Notes under the pieces: model-generated
What the model was told of the DNA's origin: nothing
The model's input: only the letters and a program-made list of their open reading frames with translations
Database searches by the model: none
Made by a program: the position numbers and the translations under genes
IMG/VR virus record: IMGVR_UViG_3300032665_000019
DNA length: 20,000 nucleotides
Reading direction: 5' to 3' (one strand)
DNA from: an uncultured virus (IMG/VR IMGVR_UViG_3300032665_000019)
Taxonomy: Duplodnaviria > Heunggongvirae > Uroviricota > Caudoviricetes
Part shown: piece after piece, positions 15,526-20,000 of the stretch
How positions within the stretch are numbered: the first letter of the stretch is position 1
How the letters are laid out: every line of letters starts with the position of its first letter

Positions 15526-16214
15526 TAGAATTGAATTTTAAGATTTGGATAATAAAACTGGATGAAGTTTTTTAATGCATCTGGTGAAACTAAATACCGC
15601 TTAAAATCTGTGTTATCGGTTATCTCATTTTTTGCTAAATAACAGGTTAATTCACCACTATGAAGGACAATCACTTTCCAGTAGTAGTCAGGGATAGGGA
15701 CATCATTCATTTTATCCATGCCATATAAACACCCGGTATAAACTGTTATACTATCATTTGCCGGTGCTAATGTTTTTAATACATACTGTTCAAGCCTTTC
15801 CCATGGATGCTCGTTGAAGAATGAAAATTGAGGGGCTGTATTGGTATAGTACATGCTTTCCCTTGCTGCGGTTGAATCAAAATCGAAAGCCGTGTATGGT
15901 GAAAGATGTCCTTTATCTTTTCTCAGACTGTCTGATTTATGAGCAGCGTTATAAGTTGAATATTCTTTATCATTTGCAACCTGGTACTTTGCGCTGATAA
16001 GTGGATCCTGATGGAAACTGGCAACTGTTTTTCTGTCTATTTTAACCTGACTGGTTGCATGGGCTGTGGTTTGAATATACCAGGAAATTAAAGGACTTTT
16101 CAAAACTGTATCATATTCCAGTGTATAATATTTATGCTGGACTGTTATTGTGTTCTGGCAATTTACTGAATAAGCCCAGAACAAGGAAAGTATGATAATT
16201 ATAAGTTTTTTCAT
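15525..16214 (-). CDS. DNA/RNA non-specific endonuclease (NucA/Serratia family) with signal peptide
   Basis: DKGHLSP active-site motif; SMYYTNTAPQ..FNEHPWERLE; VPIPDYYWKVI; N-terminal MKKLIIIILSLFWAYSVNC signal. Confidence 0.9.
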   Translation of the reverse strand: MKKLIIIILSLFWAYSVNCQNTITVQHKYYTLEYDTVLKSPLISWYIQTTAHATSQVKIDRKTVASFHQDPLISAKYQVANDKEYSTYNAAHKSDSLRKDKGHLSPYTAFDFDSTAARESMYYTNTAPQFSFFNEHPWERLEQYVLKTLAPANDSITVYTGCLYGMDKMNDVPIPDYYWKVIVLHSGELTCYLAKNEITDNTDFKRYLVSPDALKNFIQFYYPNLKIQF

Positions 16215-16226
16215 AAATGATGTTTA

Positions 16227-16246
16227 AAAGGGGCTTTCACCCCTTT
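16227..16246 (-). terminator. Short hairpin, possible weak terminator or processing stem
   Basis: aaagggg-ctttca-ccccttt between the 62-aa gene and the nuclease start. Confidence 0.45.
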
Positions 16247-16249
16247 AGT

Positions 16250-16438
16250 TTAAATTTTTACACCCAATTTAGCGGCGGCTGCCTTTGCATTTGCTGCTTC
16301 TGCTTGCGCCTGTGCTGCTAAATTCTGTGCATCAATGATAGCCTTGTTAGCTGCTGCGGAATTGTTACGATACACTAATGCACCTACAATGAAGCCTGCA
16401 ACAAAAACACATAATCCAACAATGATAAATGTTTCCAT
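16250..16438 (-). CDS. Small membrane-anchored coiled-coil protein (62 aa)
   Basis: N-terminal TM helix followed by an Ala/Gln-rich helix. Confidence 0.75.
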   Translation of the reverse strand: METFIIVGLCVFVAGFIVGALVYRNNSAAANKAIIDAQNLAAQAQAEAANAKAAAAKLGVKI

Positions 16439-16447
16439 AACTCTATT

Positions 16448-17083
16448 TTAAAGTTTAAAAAATGCTTCTATTTTACTCCAATAATGAATAATGACTAAAC
16501 ACAGAATTAAGAACACCGCTAACATGACAAATGTCATAATAGGGACACGACTGCTTTGTTTATTCTTTGTCTTATCCTCTACATCTTTTTTTAAATCAGT
16601 TGTTTGGTTTTCCCGAACAACTGTGGAATCATGCTTTACAACGCTACTACTATCATGTTTCTGTACTGCGGTACTATCATGCTTACTTTGTGTTTTCCGG
16701 TCTGTAATGTGCTTAATTATCCTACCCCCTGGATTTATAACTAAGGTTGTATCAGTCTGAATAATAGTTACGGGTATATATCCCCCGTATGTTGTATCTC
16801 CGAAATCAATCTGCACATCTGAACCTGAATTATAATTATCTACCCTTACACTGTCATTGCTTTTTTTATTCTCATTTTGCGAATTGCGAACATGGGTAAA
16901 ATCAATGGCAGTCTTACTTACTGAATCGGTCTTTACTTCGTGTAATGACTTTGCAATTTTTATAGAATTGCAACCTGTTGTAAGGAACAGCGTAAACAAA
17001 GCCAATATTATCAGGAAGATAATTTCATCCCTATAGTTATGGTCAGGATCTTGATTGTACCCGTTTGCGGAATATACTTCCAT
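16448..17083 (-). CDS. Putative unimolecular spanin (lipoprotein with C-terminal TM)
   Basis: Probable start ATG 17083, just after the holin stop. Hydrophobic helix ending in LTTG-C lipobox, Ser/Thr/Asp-rich middle region and C-terminal TM IMTFVMLAVFLILCLVIIHYW. Confidence 0.7.
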   Translation of the reverse strand: MEVYSANGYNQDPDHNYRDEIIFLIILALFTLFLTTGCNSIKIAKSLHEVKTDSVSKTAIDFTHVRNSQNENKKSNDSVRVDNYNSGSDVQIDFGDTTYGGYIPVTIIQTDTTLVINPGGRIIKHITDRKTQSKHDSTAVQKHDSSSVVKHDSTVVRENQTTDLKKDVEDKTKNKQSSRVPIMTFVMLAVFLILCLVIIHYWSKIEAFFKL

Positions 17084-17087
17084 ACAC

Positions 17088-17312
17088 TTAATTTTGAGGT
17101 GTATTTGTCTTTGCCGCTGTAAAGAAATACCCCATAATTGAAGTAACGCAAGTGCCCACAACGAACCCTGTGGACACATTGATAATGTCCTTATTGTCGG
17201 TTGGTATTTTAACATATAACAGCAAAAAAAGAAACACAAATGATAGAATAATAGCGAGTAATGCTATTATGTTTCTTACGTCCATTTTCTGAATGATGTC
17301 TAAAAATTTCAT
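17088..17312 (-). CDS. Putative holin (2 TM, 74 aa)
   Basis: Two hydrophobic helices, with IMGYFF at the end of TM2; lysis cassette context. Confidence 0.6.
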   Translation of the reverse strand: MKFLDIIQKMDVRNIIALLAIILSFVFLFLLLYVKIPTDNKDIINVSTGFVVGTCVTSIMGYFFTAAKTNTPQN

Positions 17313-17554
17313 GACTTATTTTTTTTTTGATGAATGATTTTTTCTTTCCTGTCTTTCCAGGCTGTGTACCATTGCCATCCCGTATATGCGAAAACTAAAG
17401 CAGATGTTAATATGCTACCCCATTGTGCAGCATTACTTAATGTTACCATGCCGATAAGGGCATAGAACTTACTAATAATATATAGACTGAAAGAAACTAA
17501 AACTCCCTTCCATCCATGTTGAGTATTTTTTAATGCATCTGTCAAGTGTTGCAT
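17309..17554 (-). CDS. Putative holin/antiholin-like membrane protein (81 aa)
   Basis: Two TM segments and a highly basic C-terminal tail; 4-nt overlap with the next gene. Confidence 0.6.
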   Translation of the reverse strand: MQHLTDALKNTQHGWKGVLVSFSLYIISKFYALIGMVTLSNAAQWGSILTSALVFAYTGWQWYTAWKDRKEKIIHQKKNKS

Positions 17555-17564
17555 ATCCTTTCTT

Positions 17565-17975
17565 TTAAATAATTTTTATAAACAGTAATACAGTCCAGAT
17601 TGAAATAAATATAACAGATACTATCCATTGATTTATTCCTAGTTTTTCTTCTAATTGGTCAATTCCAGATGATGTTGAAGTAGATTCAAAACTTAATGGC
17701 AGCCCTCTTAATTTATTTAATATAAAATTGAAAAAAGCTGTTCTGGTAACCGTTGAGCCAACGATAGCGGCAACTATTAAAATAAACCAATTTACGCCTT
17801 CATGGAATATCCAATTACAAGCGAATGAAACCGCTATACATAAACCTAAGAATATCAGATATTCGGTTGCGTGATAAATAGGTTTACCTGTTGCTATTTT
17901 ATTCGCATCTATTACCGCATTTAAAACAGTAAGGATAAGAAATATGATTAATAATGTTATCTGCATGACTATCAA
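17565..17975 (-). CDS. Membrane protein (about 4 TM, 136 aa)
   Basis: Several hydrophobic segments; overlaps the upstream gene by 4 nt. Confidence 0.75.
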   Translation of the reverse strand: MIVMQITLLIIFLILTVLNAVIDANKIATGKPIYHATEYLIFLGLCIAVSFACNWIFHEGVNWFILIVAAIVGSTVTRTAFFNFILNKLRGLPLSFESTSTSSGIDQLEEKLGINQWIVSVIFISIWTVLLFIKII

Positions 17976-18295
17976 TTTAAAGGTGTACCAGTTGGGTAAT
18001 TAGCTAAAGTAGTTGCATCGATTATGATGTATGTCGGGTAGTCCAGCCCTTCCCATTGCTGGAGAGTAAGAATGTGTTTACTGCCACCTTTAATGAGGTA
18101 TAATCCGTTATCTGCACCATTACCTTTTACATAACTGCCATCCGGTGGAATAACTGTTGGTGTTGCACTAACTACATACTGCACCTTTGCCTTATTGAAT
18201 ATCCCGTTTAAATAAGGTGCACCGTATTTATAAAATGCAAATCCGACTGCTGCCATACCTACTGCTATACATATTACTTCGATTGTTACTGACAT
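17972..18295 (-). CDS. Hypothetical protein with N-terminal TM anchor (107 aa)
   Basis: Hydrophobic N-terminus followed by a small beta-rich domain (PDGSYVKG...LYLIKGGSKH). Confidence 0.7.
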   Translation of the reverse strand: MSVTIEVICIAVGMAAVGFAFYKYGAPYLNGIFNKAKVQYVVSATPTVIPPDGSYVKGNGADNGLYLIKGGSKHILTLQQWEGLDYPTYIIIDATTLANYPTGTPLN

Positions 18296-18300
18296 AATTT

Positions 18301-18396
18301 TTATTTAAAAAAGTTTTTTAATAAGTTGCCGATATATAATATGATTGCGAGTATTACTACTGCAATTACCCCTATGATTATTAATGCTATTTTCAT
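18301..18396 (-). CDS. Small single-TM peptide (31 aa), below the ORF-track cutoff
   Basis: MKIALIIIGVIAVVILAIILYIGNLLKNFFK*; fills the gap between the tail fibre stop and ATG 18295. Confidence 0.65.
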   Translation of the reverse strand: MKIALIIIGVIAVVILAIILYIGNLLKNFFK

Positions 18397-18399
18397 TTT

Positions 18400-20000
18400 T
18401 TATCTTATATAATATTTGAACTCGAATTGAAGTTGATAAGTTGCGTTTGCTGGAGAATAAAAAGTAAGTTGCGGCTTACTATTCGTTGTGTCGTAACTAA
18501 TCCCCCCAACCCCTGCGGATGATGAACTTGCAAATGAATTATTGTAAGTGCAAACCCCTTTCGCATTGGGGTGAGCCGAAGCAACTGGAATATTTAAATC
18601 CAAAATTGTAGTACCTGCACCTGTTGCCAAAACTAATACATTGCCTGAAATCGTTACTACATTACCAGTTTGAATCCAGTACAATGAATCTGCTGTACTG
18701 CTGGTAACATTTGTTGTGTTTGAAATTGTAGGTACATATACGCCATTATTAATTGTACTATCAAAACTCCCATCCCCTTTTAAAAAAACACCTGAGCCGT
18801 GATATTTGGTTTTAAAGGCAGTTGATAAAATAGAACCGGCTGCCTGAATAATATCCACATTATTATCTGCGGTACTAGGACCTATAATCCAGTTGCCACC
18901 GCCTTTTATTCGCCCTCTCTGTGTATAACCATTCGTCCTGAATACAACGTCTCCATTCTGCACATTTTCTATATATACTGTGCTTCCATCTGTTGCGAAC
19001 CTTGCAGTTTCCGAACTAGCAGAAGTATACCAGATAGAAATTGCGCCGGATATAAAATTAAATTTTTCCGGTCCTGAAGGTTGCGTGCCCCCAAAACTTA
19101 AATTGCTACCTGATTGTAATATTTGCCCGTTTGTAAATAAACCGGAACCGTTAGACAAAGGGAAATATCCGCTAGTTATCCCAAGCATAGGCTGGAATAA
19201 CGATGCTGCTTTACTTTGAGTAAGAACATTACCAGTACCGGTATAAGTTGTGTCAGATAAGTGTAACGCTAAATTATCATTATTTATCTTCACCCACGTG
19301 TTGCCATTGCAGGAATATACACCAGCTGGCTTGTATGATGTATTGGTATTTAATGCAATATCATCCAGATTATTAGATAACTGAAACAGGTCGCATGGGA
19401 AATCTGGATTTATAATTCTTACTGTTTGTGTGCCTGATCTTTGTACCCCTGTCCAGTTATTCAAGGCTCTAACCCCTGCACCACGAACTGTTAGTGTATT
19501 TGTCCCATATACATAGAATAATCCCGGATTTGGGCATGTGTCTATGGCCACGTTGCTCAAAGTAATATCTAGCGATGACGCCATATCTGAAAATCGAGAT
19601 GTGTATTTAGAATAAAAATTCGATACAACACAAGAGTTAATAGTATCACCCGATGGGTACTGAATTACATTGCCTGAATAATTTACCGTAGTATTGCTTA
19701 TCTGTAAAGAATTGGTGATGTTTTTTGGAGGATATATGAAAAAATTACTTCCTGTAAAATTCCTATCATAATTAACATTGTTATTGACAATTTTTATATT
19801 TGAAATTTTACTTGCATTACTAAAATCATAAGTATTCCCCCCAACTCCGGTAGAAGTATGGATATTATTGGACAACTCAATAGAATTGATTGGATTACTG
19901 CCTGATACCTGCAATAACTTAGAAGTTTGCGAATTAGTGTTAGCACAGACAAGGCTATTGTTGCTGAATATAATATCATCGTTCCCGCCGAAAAAAGAAA
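18400..20000 (-). CDS. Tail fibre/tailspike-like protein, C-terminal part (start lies outside the window)
   Basis: The frame stays open from 19914 to the window edge. Asn/Ser/Thr/Ile-rich beta-helix-like region, fibre-like segments (FRTNGYTQRGRIKGGGNWIIG; FLKGDGS) and a terminal domain (GVYVPT...YWIQTGNVVTISG...LNIPVA) typical of fibre tips. Confidence 0.7.
   Translation of the reverse strand, partial: SFFGGNDDIIFSNNSLVCANTNSQTSKLLQVSGSNPINSIELSNNIHTSTGVGGNTYDFSNASKISNIKIVNNNVNYDRNFTGSNFFIYPPKNITNSLQISNTTVNYSGNVIQYPSGDTINSCVVSNFYSKYTSRFSDMASSLDITLSNVAIDTCPNPGLFYVYGTNTLTVRGAGVRALNNWTGVQRSGTQTVRIINPDFPCDLFQLSNNLDDIALNTNTSYKPAGVYSCNGNTWVKINNDNLALHLSDTTYTGTGNVLTQSKAASLFQPMLGITSGYFPLSNGSGLFTNGQILQSGSNLSFGGTQPSGPEKFNFISGAISIWYTSASSETARFATDGSTVYIENVQNGDVVFRTNGYTQRGRIKGGGNWIIGPSTADNNVDIIQAAGSILSTAFKTKYHGSGVFLKGDGSFDSTINNGVYVPTISNTTNVTSSTADSLYWIQTGNVVTISGNVLVLATGAGTTILDLNIPVASAHPNAKGVCTYNNSFASSSSAGVGGISYDTTNSKPQLTFYSPANATYQLQFEFKYYIR

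Overview
This window looks like part of a tailed dsDNA phage (Caudoviricetes) genome. The host is probably a member of Bacteroidota, because TAnnTTTG -7 promoter elements sit upstream of many genes. Left, minus strand: C5-cytosine methyltransferase, then a large portal-like protein, a scaffold-like protein, the major capsid protein, and a Pro-rich protein that runs off the window edge and is missing from the ORF track. Centre: a symmetric non-coding segment (possible terminus or packaging site, about 8.05-8.55 kb), a NUMOD4/HNH endonuclease, an HTH-like gene, and a repeat-rich origin-like segment (about 9.85-10.25 kb). Next is a plus-strand cluster of small early/accessory genes, including a 27-unit pentapeptide-repeat protein. 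Right, minus strand: the C-terminal part of a tail fibre/spike and a lysis cassette (several membrane proteins/holins, a u-spanin-like lipoprotein, a secreted NucA-type nuclease and a GH73-like endolysin). The most notable features not explained by genes are a highly base-paired 253-nt leader between scaffold and capsid genes, an ungapped 25-bp motif repeated three times in the early region (the last copy just before a terminator), and a CCGG/GCGCG-dense symmetric segment beside a methyltransferase with several TRD-like segments. All family calls come from recognising motifs by eye; no database searches were run.
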